This document shows, piece after piece, positions 1 to 10,397 of a stretch of DNA of 34,711 bases. A program made the translations under genes and the position numbers. The stretch spans positions 1 through 34,711 of the forward strand of contig JAUCBJ010002001.1 of NCBI GenBank assembly GCA_032718475.1, read 5' to 3'. The notes beneath the pieces were generated by a model. The model saw only the letters and a list, made by a program, of their open reading frames with translations. It was not told the DNA's origin and did no database searches. The stretch comes from Nemertoderma westbladi. Its lineage: Eukaryota; Animalia; Xenacoelomorpha. Position 1 is the stretch's first letter, and every line of letters starts with the position of its first letter.

Positions 1-126
1 GAGGTGCCGTGCGAGAGTCCTACGTTGACCGTTGCCTGGCACCCGAAGAAACTCTTGCTCGCTTATGCGTGCGATGATAAAGACAGAGATACAGGTACCA
101 TAAAACTATTCGGCTTCGAAAACTGA
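1..126 (+). CDS. THOC3: THO complex subunit 3, C-terminal end (5'-partial)
   Basis: Frame 1 reads EVPCESPTLTVAWHPKKLLLAYACDDKDRDTGTIKLFGFEN*. This matches the remembered THOC3 C-terminal WD40 segment (CESPTFTVAWHPKRPLLAFACDDKD...GTVKLFG). TGA at 124-126; AATAAA at 250-255 and 434-439. Confidence 0.9.
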   Translation, partial: EVPCESPTLTVAWHPKKLLLAYACDDKDRDTGTIKLFGFEN

Positions 127-876
127 CGCGCTAATTATTGGACAGTCATTATTATTTTAGTTTGCTATTACAAACTGAATCTACGATAGTAAGTAATACG
201 TATCACGTGCAATACTTTACTTATAAAACTATAATGCGGTGTTTAGTTTAATAAAACGAAAACTTCATTTATTTGGATATATTTTATGTCGATATTTCAT
301 TCATGGGTTTCGTAGCACGCTATTCCTAATCAATATTTCGAACGTTCAGCGCATATGAGTATGTTTCACCTTTAAATTGTGTTATGACGTTATCTTTTTA
401 TTTTATCAATATTACACCTCGAGCGATATAATGAATAAAGTTCAGTATGTTATGATAGATCTACCATAATGTGTGAATCTATCTATGCCTACCATTTTTC
501 CCAATATTTCTCCAACCAAACACTGTCGCATATTATTATTAAGAAGCAAAGACTAATCGATAGCGTTTGATTCAATTTCGCATCATCTATAATGCAGCCG
601 CGAAGTCACTAAGGCCATTCTGCTACATAATCGAACTTTAATATAATAAATATTCTAATTATACCATTTGCGAACAGGTTTTTGATATTATTTTGAATTC
701 CTAACGTCAACATCACTTAAAACCATTAGTTAATGTTGACAGTGAGTTAGTTACGATGTAATCTGGCTTTATCTAGAGCTATAATGTCCGCCCATCTCCA
801 TTACTTTTATTGCGTCCAATGGTTACGACGAAAGGGTGTCTGGCTTCCTGGCAACCAACCATATTTATATTCTATA

Positions 877-1101
877 AATGCCAAAATAAATTGTTTTTGA
901 CTGGGCTGATTAAACTATTTACATAATTGTGCGAAAATTAGCACTTTTCAGTGTTATGACCCGAGTGTTTTGATGTACCGAGCGAGTGCAGCGAGGGAGG
1001 TTTACATAAATATACAAGGGTCCTAAACGCTGCGTAGTGCCCTTTTCACACAAATGTAGATAGTTAAATTAGCCCAGTCAAAACTTCTTGATTTTGGCAT
1101 T
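877..1101. mobile_element. MITE-like palindromic element (~225 bp)
   Basis: Left arm atgccaaaat...ttttgactgggctgattaaactatttacat is the imperfect reverse complement of right arm atgtagatagttaaattagcccagtcaaaa...attttggcat. No ORF. Confidence 0.65.
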
Positions 1102-2982
1102 AATATTTAATAAAAAAAAATGGCCGATATTTAATAAAAGAAAAGAAACAAACCACGGTGATATTTAAAAAAATAAAATTTAGAGCGTAGAAATATGGCC
1201 ATCAGGCAGCACACGAAAACATGAAGTCAAATCGATATACCGTTTTCTTAACACCAATAAAATAATGTGATTACTTTTTCTGTGTACATAATTATTTTAT
1301 ATATATATTGGTATAAATTCCTTTCTAGAGTTCCAGTTATAAAAAAAAACATCTGTAAAATACCGATGGTTACAAATGAATTAATAAAATAATACGCAGA
1401 TACGTACTTACACCTAAGCACAGCGCGAAGTAACCATTTGATAGGAATGGGCGAGGCATTCATTCAGTTTAGCCGATGAGGTTTTATCCGCTTAAAATCG
1501 CCCACATTTATCTCAGGCGACTGGCAGAGACTACAGAGAAATTTGCGATTGGACTTATTACTTTTTCCTCGGGTAACTGATAATGCGCTTGGGGCGGTGT
1601 CTCATTAATCAATCGTGGTCGCGGACTAATATTATAAGCGGCAGGGTTCCAAGATTAGGGATCCAACGCTGCCCACAGTGACAGCCGAGATTAATCGAAA
1701 CACAAATATATAATGAATTGGAGTCCAGGATTCTGTGGCGATCACCTTGAAACAGTTTGATATTCGAGACGCGACTTGTCTCTCGCAGTACTTCCATTGT
1801 TCTTCTGCTGCAATATAAATTTTATTTGAGTGCTGTCGTGGTGTGTATAATAAATAAGAAGGCCTATTTGAGTCATTTGTCGTTCTTTGACAAGAATGGT
1901 AGAGTGATAGATAACAATTCGCATTGAATTTAGGTGCTCTGTAGTTTGGTGGTTGGGTCATCCAACTTGGGTGAGGGGGTGGGTGGCTAGTCAGATGGAA
2001 CACACTTACAATTACACGCCGGATACGTTATATCCTTGACTTGTTCCTTTCCGCCTTGTAGCAAGAATACGTTGTTGGGATTTTGCGCAGACGAAATAAT
2101 CGTATCCGACAGTTTTCTTTATGTCTTTATCGAGTGCAAAAACTAAGGTAAAATTTTGTCATGATTTGAGAAGCCCCCTCTGAGAAAAATTAGTTGTAAA
2201 ACAGTTTGAATTTTGTAAAACTCGTCAGTTCTTTAAATCTAATTAAGGTGGTATTCATGGAGATAAATAAGGGCCCCAAAAGCGCAAATAGTGGGAAAAT
2301 AGTTTAATGTTTTGGTTAGGTTAAGAACACATCACTGTAACCTGGTACTACCCAATAATAGAAACAGGAGGGAAATACACTAAAAGACGTATTTTTAAAT
2401 ACGTTTTTGTGACGAGGTACCAACCCCCCCCCCCCCCCCCCCCCCCCCCCTTACTCGTAAAGGTATAGTGACTTCTTTGTTTTCAGAAACAAGCATTATC
2501 CCGGTTAAAATAAACTTCTAACTACACAAAACCAACCACCCCCTTCCAATAGATGGATGGACCTTGACCTTACTTTACTTTTCGTCGCGGACGGGAAGCC
2601 AATTAATTGAAGCGACCAGGGATATAATGTTTGTATGTTATAAAATTACTTAGCCTGACAATAGAGTGACAGTCACTGACTCACTGCTGAGCTATTTATT
2701 GCTGGAGAGTAATCTGAAGCTGTGCATTAGTGGTGGAATGTGATTGCAGCAAAACATGTCGTTACATTTACCGTACTATGTATTTCACTGTGTTCGTTTT
2801 GTGTGTCTGTCTGTAGGCAACTTGGTATACTTGATCGTCAAATATAGCAACAATATTAATAGCCCGAACACAATGCGGACGTTGCTATGTCGTGGAATAA
2901 GTTCAGAGATTGCTCCAGCTAACCAAACCAGGGATATTTGCAAAGCTTTTTATTAATACCAACGGGGACAACTGCTCCAAGA

Positions 2983-3046
2983 ATGTATTGGCTTATTACG
3001 TTGCTTTTAATTCATCTCAGCTTCGGAAAACAGCACCGGGTCATTG
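2983..3046 (+). CDS. GRID: GluD-like ionotropic glutamate receptor, coding exon 1 (signal peptide)
   Basis: MYWLITLLLIHLSFGKQHRVI(G) is a hydrophobic signal-like peptide. In-frame TAA upstream at 2920-2922. Phase-1 donor G|GTGAGT at 3047 joins exon 2 to give ...HRVIGGVAE, resembling the iGluR N-terminal 'I-G-A/G-I-F' strand. Candidate acceptor ctgtag| before 2817. Confidence 0.75.
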
Positions 3047-3391
3047 GTGAGTTTTATACCATATTCATATTTATTATGCCACAATGAAATTATTTGAGTT
3101 TATGCGCGGGAGGATTAACTTATGGGTCGAGCATGGCGATGTTTGAGTCGATTATAAAATATAATAATTTTATTTCGTAAATTTTATTGAATAACCGTCC
3201 ATTTAATAGTTTATCATAAAATAAAATATATGTTGAAGACAGTAGTTAATTGAAGTGAACTAGACAAATTATTATGAGAAGTTAAAAAATATATATTGGA
3301 AATTATTGCTATTGCGCCTCTACCTATAACTAATCTAAATTTCATGGAGGTTACTATATTGCATATTAATTCACATCAGTTCGGGTTGTAA

Positions 3392-4303
3392 TTATCTATT
3401 TAATGCGTTTAGATGCGCTTTATACATGGAAGCAATTGCTTTGGTGCCAGAAGACATCGTCTTCCAGTAAGGGCCGACAGTTGATTCGGATAAATTACAG
3501 AAATTATCTTTCTTAACGAACACGATATTCTGAGACTCAAACGCTTCCGGACCGCCTGATTGGAAACGGCAACGAATCTCGTCGGACGTGAGACCACATT
3601 CGGTGGCGAAGTCAAAGGAAGGTCTGCCTCCCAGCACAGCGTTCCTACTGACACCTAATAGAAGGGCAGGTTTTAAAGTTTCCATGGGGACATTGACCTC
3701 GTCTCTGGCTTCCCTCATCACTGACTCAAATAGTTCCTCTACGAATATCGATGACTTTAGTTTCTCTGAAGATCCTTGCGATGTGAATGCTTTACTCAGT
3801 TTATCTTCCATTTCATCCGGTTCCATATGTCCCCCCGGAACAGAAATCATTCCTGGTTCCTCTCCCACTTTCTCGCTCCTTTCTAAAAGGACAACATCAT
3901 CGTCTCTAGTTACTATGGCAATGCTTACGCCTATAGCGTCCGATATATACGCCTGGGGATCGGAATAATCGTTGCTCCCACGTTCCCGCAACATTGCGCT
4001 CACAGACGAAATATTCGTACCCTGGAATGTTTTATAATCGGTATAACCCGCTTTAATGTGCAGCTTATTAGTAGTCTGATCGTAGACAAAGTCAAATAGT
4101 CGGAATTTACTTCCGTTATATAAGGTTGGGAGCACCGCAATACGTTTCGACCATTCCTCATTGATCAACGTATGCAGTTCAGGGTAATATTTCATGTTGT
4201 AACAAGAGTTCAGATCAGCTGACACATCTGACGGTTTAAGAGGTTTTTCGAAAGCGAAATAATTCATAGCGTCATCCAAACATTGTAATTCCCTCTGCGC
4301 CAT
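3392..4303 (-). CDS. NUDT22: Nudix hydrolase NUDT22-like (UDP-glucose pyrophosphatase), single-exon CDS, 303 aa
   Basis: Motifs LYNGSKFRL, GYTDYKTFQGTN, YISDAIGV, a split Nudix box PGGHMEP...ELFESVMREARDEVNVP and GVSRNAVLGGRPS match the NUDT22 family as I recall it. Minus-strand AATAAA signals lie downstream (e.g. 3183-3188). Confidence 0.88.
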   Translation of the reverse strand: MAQRELQCLDDAMNYFAFEKPLKPSDVSADLNSCYNMKYYPELHTLINEEWSKRIAVLPTLYNGSKFRLFDFVYDQTTNKLHIKAGYTDYKTFQGTNISSVSAMLRERGSNDYSDPQAYISDAIGVSIAIVTRDDDVVLLERSEKVGEEPGMISVPGGHMEPDEMEDKLSKAFTSQGSSEKLKSSIFVEELFESVMREARDEVNVPMETLKPALLLGVSRNAVLGGRPSFDFATECGLTSDEIRCRFQSGGPEAFESQNIVFVKKDNFCNLSESTVGPYWKTMSSGTKAIASMYKAHLNALNR

Positions 4304-4731
4304 TTTCTCAACTTAGTTACCCCAGTGAAACTGCAATATGTAGGGCCTGTTGTATCGGAATCTAAGACGCAGCACTTTAAGGATTCAGTAAAGGTTTAAT
4401 TAGATTGAGTCAACGTTGATGAGTTTAACCCACATGCATGTTTAACACACACAATTTTCTTAGAACCTAATTACTAATTATTTACATGCAATATGTGCAA
4501 TAGGCTTATAAAATATCTGGTTTTGCTTAGCCTATAATGAAGTAATCTGGTAACATGAACCGAATTACCCGGTCATATTGAATGCAGTGCGACAGTACAG
4601 TTCCGTACCGGTACTACGGCACAGTTTCATACAAGACAACCCTCACTATACAGTACCGTAGTACCGGTATCACTACTGGCCATGAAGCCGAGGCCTCTAA
4701 CTGATAATGAGAAGTAGGACTACCCAGTTCC

Positions 4732-6161
4732 GACAAGTCCCTAAAAGGTGCCACCCTGCTCCATAGAGCAGGAAATTCAAATGATTGAAAGACATGTAAT
4801 TTGTACTGGAAAGGGTGGCAGATCAGATCTGCTATCTATACCGGTATTTTGGCGGTAAATTCAAATCTGTTTTAACATTGAATACACAGATACATGAATA
4901 GAGTAAGACTAATATAAATTAATTGAATCAGAATAAATTATTTCTTATCGGTTTAACTCACTCATCCGGTATTGTTGTTGTTTTATCTATTCTGGGACTT
5001 CGAGCAGCACGTGAACATCTAAACCTGACGTTAACTAGTCTGGCAGTCTGGGTCATAGAGCAGATGTGAACAACTAAGCTGTCTGGTTAACTAGTCGGGA
5101 CTTCCAGTAGCACGTGAACAACGACTGAACTAAGCTGACTGGTTAACAAGTCTGGGACTTCGAGCAGCACTTGAACAACTAAAGCTGACTGGTTAACTAG
5201 TCTGGGACTTCCAGTAGCACGTGAACAACTATAAGCTGACTTGTTCACTAGTCTCTGGGACTTCGAGCAAAATTGCAAATTGAGGAGGGGGGATCGGGGG
5301 ATTTGGCTTAACTTCTAGCAGTAAATGTAAATAACATTTATTATTTGCTTGTATCAGTTATATATAATTACATCAGAACATTATAATTATAACAATATAG
5401 CAGGGAACTGATATATATCGTAATAACAATAGGTGTATAATGCATCTGCCTATACTGCTATATCTGTCCCAGACATGTACGGTACCAGACTAGGTAACCA
5501 GTCAGCTTAGTTGTTCACGTGCTGCTCGAAGCCCCAGACTAGTTAACGTGCTGGTTTAGTTGTTCACGTGCTGCTCGAAGTCCCAGACTAGGTAACCAGT
5601 CAGCTTAGTTGTTCACGTGCTGCACGAAGCCCCAGACTAGTTAACCAGTCAGCTTAGTTGTTCACGTGCTGCACGAAGCCCCAGACTAGTTAACCAGTCA
5701 GCTTAGTTGTTCACGTGCTGTTCGAAGTCCCAGATTAGGTAACCAGCCAGTTTAGTTGTTCACGTGCTGCACGAAGCGCCAGACTAGTTAACCAGTCAGC
5801 TTAGTTGTTCAGGTGCTGTTCGAAATCCCAGACTAGGTAACCAGCCAGTTTAGTTGTTCACGTGCTGCTTTATGCCCCAGACTAGTTAACGTCAGCGGTT
5901 TAGTTGTTCACGAGCTGCTCGAAGTCCCAGAATAGATAAATCAACAACAGTAACGGATAAGAAATAATTTATTCTGATTCAATGAATTACATTAGTCTTA
6001 CTCTATTCATGTATTCAATGTTAAAACAGATTTGAATTTACCGCCAAAATATAGGTGGCAGATCTGATCTGCCACCCTTATTTCCAGTACAAATAACATG
6101 TCTTTCAATCATTTGAATTTCCCGCGCTATGGAGCAGGGTGGCACCTTTTAGGGACTTGTC
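4732..6161. mobile_element. Foldback-type element with long inverted arms and internal ~49-bp tandem repeats
   Basis: Starts gacaagtccctaaaaggtgccaccctgctccatag and ends ctatggagcagggtggcaccttttagggacttgtc. About 260/230 bp of unique inverted arm, then inverted arrays of tctgggacttcgagcagcacgtgaacaactaagctgactggttaactag (~5 copies left, ~9 right) around a ~215-bp spacer. No transposase ORF. Confidence 0.85.
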
Positions 6162-6229
6162 CCAGTAAACACAACTTATGAACCTAACTGTATTCAAGAA
6201 TAAATAAATTGGGACGTCAGGGTCATGAT

Positions 6230-6620
6230 GTAAAGTCTCAGAACACGCAGTCCAATTAGTGGACCTAGTCATTAGCCCCCTAGCGGCAGATCGAGGAACT
6301 GTAAAAGTGTTCTGTTAGCAGAATTACTTTATTCAGCAATGCTCGCAGGTCATTCCTACCAAATTTCAGATGAATCTGATGGTTGGTTCTATAATTACAG
6401 CTACTTTTACGTTTCTGTCAATTCGCCCCCTAGTGGCAGACAAATGAACTACTGAAGTCTGTTTCTCTGGAGAATTTCTAAACTTTTCATAGGCTACATA
6501 TGTACCAACACCAAGTTTGGTTCCATTTCATCCATGATTGACAGACTTTTTAGCGTTCAAACATTTCCGACAACGACAACGACGGACGGGTCCACTAATT
6601 ATACCCCTACGCTAAGGGTC
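6230..6620 (+). mobile_element. Non-autonomous element with ~150-bp internal repeats (pearl/HINE-like architecture); boundaries approximate
   Basis: Two diverged units 150 bp apart (gccccctagcggcaga at 6275, gccccctagtggcaga at 6425; ccaaatttc/ccaagtttg), followed by an acaacg/acgg microsatellite and a short terminal hairpin (acccct...agggt). Confidence 0.45.
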
Positions 6621-7062
6621 ACCTGGACTTACGTGGCTCGTCCCACATTGGAATTGTAAAACGATCTTTCGTAAACGATTCTGTAATCATAATTTCGATA
6701 AATGATGAGAGTGGACGTAGGTGGATTGGGTTACTTTAGTAAATGACAAATCAGTGGATACATCCATCCTTCTATTCTAGTTTTGAAGTATCTGGTAATG
6801 CACTAAAAGTGCCAAGTATTTTATTATATTGCCACTTCAGACTCAAGTGTGAAAGTGATAGCGTATTTCGTAGCATTTAGGTAATTCCTTAACATAAACA
6901 AATCAGCAATAGATCTACTCGTGAAAGTGTAGCTTCCTCGGAAAACCATTACAACTTCATCCTCATCCTATTTATTTGGCACAAATCGGTGATTCGTTGT
7001 TAAATCATATTTTGGCACTCCAACCCGCCCAGCAAGGTTATGTGCAGTATAGTAAACTCTAC

Positions 7063-7195
7063 CTTATGTATGTAGCCTCATTATTATTTGCCAATCATAA
7101 TAAAGTATCCACTCGCAAAGACAGACAAGACAGACCAACACGCAGGCAGACCTCGTTCCCGTTCCATCATCCACTGAGGTCACCCATCACCATTC
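7063..7195 (-). other. Putative non-coding minus-strand exon (possible NUDT22 5' UTR exon)
   Basis: On the minus strand a strong acceptor (tattttttccttttttattttag|G) is followed 133 nt later by AAG|GTAGAG. Stops occur in all three frames. A candidate acceptor (ttgcag|) lies 27 nt upstream of the NUDT22 ATG at 4330. Confidence 0.4.
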
Positions 7196-8639
7196 CTAAA
7201 ATAAAAAAGGAAAAAATACACTAAAACTCCTTTTTTTGTGACAATCCAGCCATACATTATTATACTTATTCATGTCTAACCACACCATTACATACGATTA
7301 CATATACCATTACATATTAGACTTATCGGGCATGAAATGGTATTTTGCATTTGTATTTTGTTGCTGCTCAATTCTGTATGAGGCCTGAAATTTTGTTATT
7401 TTATTTTATATACGATATCATTGAGAGTGCTTTCCAACTCTCCTTACAAAAGGCTTTTTGTTTGCTTTTGATATTAGAATCGAAATACAGTAGAATCGCC
7501 CGCACGTATGTCAGTAGTTACGTCATTTAGCGAACTTTATGCGCTGCACTTTGCGAAATGGGAGAGGTGGGCGGTGGGCGCGCCTTATACTTTGGGTTGG
7601 TCATTTAATCCCCGGAAACACACTATCGGATGGACTCGCCTCTTATCTGGGGTTCCCGAGCGGACATAATGAATCTTTGCTAACAGGCAGTAACACATAG
7701 AGAGTAGGGATGGGATGTGTTCGTAAAGATTAAACCATCGCGCTCAACTCAGCAGTAACTTATTTAAACTGAGATCCCGTAACCGCTCGCTTTACATTGA
7801 ACTGCGGGAAATCACTTACGACATCTGGAATTTTAATGCAATATTTAAGACGTCACAAAGTAATAGGAAATATTATTCAGTTTAGTATTTAAGTAATTTA
7901 TAACATTAAATAATATAATATTAAAAAATCAAAATTATCGTCAAGAAGTTACTAATATGCTGCACACAGTTCCGGTAATTTGTAATCTTTAATAGTTTAG
8001 GTATCACTTTCTGTATTCAAAAATTCAATATAATGTTTTCCTTCAAACGTTTTACAACCAACGTCTCAGTAATGGAGACTATATTTTTTTCTCAAAGGCA
8101 ACTTATTTTCATACACAGGGCTGGGAGGGGGGGGGGGGGGGGGGGGTGATCATGAAGAGAAAAAAACGACTCAATGGGGGAAGGTGGATACAAAGAAAGA
8201 ATTCGTTTCTTGTTTTGGTTAGAAATCTACTCTATAACCTGTTCCTTTCCCATAAGAGAAAACGTGAAAAATACACTAAAACGCGTGTTTTTACACACGT
8301 GAATGCACATACTACTACTCGGTTGAGCGAACTCGGACAGTTGAAATGAGATCCTTCTAGGCTTCCCGATTCTCCATAGTTGTCGCAATTTCGTTTCTCC
8401 CAAGTTCGGTATCCCTTTCAAGCTGGTCTATATATGTTATAGTCGATCGTCCACGGGTATGCACATGAATGCACATAATAAAACAATATTCTAGAAATAC
8501 TTCGATCTAAAAAAGTAACTATTGAGTTTAAAAAAATAAAAATAATAATAAAATAATGACTTTAAAAAGTAACCTAAAAAAAGAGTTAAAATCCTTTAAA
8601 AAAATAATTGCGCAGTATGGACGTGATGTCAATAATTTA

Positions 8640-10165
8640 ATTGGTTGTTGCGTTGTTGTATTCCTGCCTGTAAAGGTATGTTTTGAGATTCGCCTTGAAT
8701 ATCCCATCCCAGTTAGCATTTCCTATGTCATCAGGTAGCGCATTCCAAATGGTCGGGGCAGATACTGAGAATGATCGCTTACCATAATGTTGCAGGTGGT
8801 AGCGTGGGATTACAAGAAGACCCATGTCGCTAGAACGCAGTTCACGCGTGGGATTGTACATGTACAATGTAAGCCGATTCCGCAGGTAACTTGGTGATCA
8901 GTATCAGGAAGTGTTCAGTCATCCGGATGCGGATATCATCGAGAAATGTTTCAGAGAGTTCCACTGCGTTTGTTATTTCGTTCCGTTTCAATATTACGGC
9001 TGGGTGCCATCAGCGTAGAAATGATATTTGAGCCCATATCAGGCCCGTATCGTGCGGGGGGGCTTTGGGGGCACTGCCCCCCCAGAGAAGTCTCACTGCC
9101 CCCCCAGACATGTCTTGTTCACTCGTCTTGTTCACAATTAATTAATAATATTATTGTTGTTGTTGACCCCAGTGATCAATATTATTGGATACACATTGAT
9201 ACACTTATAATAGGATACACACTTATAATAATTGATACACACTTCTACACACTGACCTACACCCCACCATCCCATTTTGGTCCAATTATATAATACTACA
9301 TGACATTAACCTACCTGTAATTACTAAAAATACCCGAAAGCTCCAGGTTCTCTCATTGGCTACCAGGGGTTGTTTGTTGTTGACCCATTGTCTATTTGTC
9401 TGTAATTTGGGAGCCAGCTTGCAGCTAAAAGTCTAGGCGCTGAGGGTTGCTTGCGCTGGTATCCATATCTATAATTTGTTGTAACTTAACCTTAACCATA
9501 TTATACCTGAAGTGGATCCTTCGCGCAGCACGTGACATAATCTTATGTAAGTTCCAACGCGAAAGAAATATAAGCAAAATCTAAGCAGATGTCCCTTGAT
9601 AACTTTACACCTAGAGGCAGTCTGGAAATCTGCAGTCGATTTAAGACCTCAGAAAAAGATTAAATGACACAGCAAAATGGTCTGGTACAATTCTGCCAAG
9701 TTTCCGCTGAAACGGATTAAAAGCAAAGAAATGGGAGGACATTTAATGCTTAGAAATCTAGCCATCTAGCGGGAGACTGCTGAACTGTTGGTGTAAAAAG
9801 TCGCTAAATAATGTCACGTTTTGGACATATTTATGCCTACAAATTTTTAATTCGACAGCTTTAATTCTGACAAAGTTATTTGAATGTTACGTTAATGAAA
9901 TCGTTACGTCAACAACTAATTGCCATTATTGACATACTCCTTAACAGTGTCAGTTCGCCAAGGTTCCGCCAATTTCGTGGCTTGCCCCACACGCTCTTCA
10001 ACAATATTGACTTTACTTTATGTACTAAATTAACTCTCACTTTGCTCTATGCTCCCACAAACCCAGTTAAGGGTTTGCCCCCCCAGATTTGGCCTCTGCC
10101 CCCCCAGATATTATGATCACCATACGGGCCTGGCCCATATCGTCGAATAACCTGCGAAACTAATA
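8640..10165 (-). mobile_element. Degenerate CR1/L2-type LINE ORF2 fragment, internally deleted and interrupted by a hAT-type insertion
   Basis: Reading across the insertion, the minus strand gives SQVIRRYGLKYHFYADGTQP* (YADD RT motif, decayed) and FLDDIRIRMTEHFLIL. It then jumps to the C-terminus SPSYLRNRL..YNPTRELRSS...YGKRSFSVSAPTIWNALPDDI...FKANLKTYLY. Confidence 0.8.
9040..10132. mobile_element. Non-autonomous hAT-type DNA transposon (1093 bp)
   Basis: TIRs caggcccgtatcgtg / caccatacgggcctg (14/15). Perfect 8-bp TSD gcccatat at 9032-9039 and 10133-10140. Subterminal tgcccccccaga repeats at both ends. Confidence 0.88.
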
Positions 10166-10220
10166 TAAAATGGTTTCATATAATTACTGGCCGATTATAT
10201 TGTTAATTATTATATTCTAG

Positions 10221-10397
10221 GAGGTGTAGCAGAGAAGAGCACAGAGGTAGACGCGAAGTTTATTTGGGAGCGAGCCATACGGGATGTGAACGATGCAGCC
10301 TACGTGTTGTCTGACTCGGAGGTGATTCTCGCCGGAGGAATCGTCGACCCTAAAGGGAAGGACACAAATAACAATGTGTTCCGAGCACTTCGTGAAG
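10221..10397 (+). CDS. GRID: GluD-like receptor exon 2
   Basis: ttctag| acceptor; GVAEKSTEVDAKFIWERAIRDVNDAAYVLSDSEVILAGGIVDPKGKDTNNNVFRALRE; donor GAAG|GTTAGT. 177 nt, phase 1-1. NNVFRALREAC parallels vertebrate GluD NNPFQAVQEAC. Confidence 0.85.

Noticed and set aside
2423-2450. Poly-C run (also poly-G near 8127-8146 and G-rich 25111-25150)
   Set aside because: Simple homopolymers of unreliable length with no supportable function.
1248-2956. Short ORFs of 60-123 aa
   Set aside because: No recognisable motifs, overlapping frames and non-ATG starts; likely intergenic or UTR.
3588-3968. 126-aa + strand ORF
   Set aside because: Antisense shadow of NUDT22.
4606-4669. 14-bp inverted repeat taccggtactacgg / ccgtagtaccggta
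   Set aside because: Lies in low-complexity, self-palindromic taccggta/acagt sequence; insufficient support for an ncRNA or element.
8946-9293. ORF MFQRVPLRLLFRSVSILRLGAI as the receptor's first exon
   Set aside because: It is the antisense of the LINE RT fragment running into the hAT element, with a poor donor. The 2983-3046 exon fits better.
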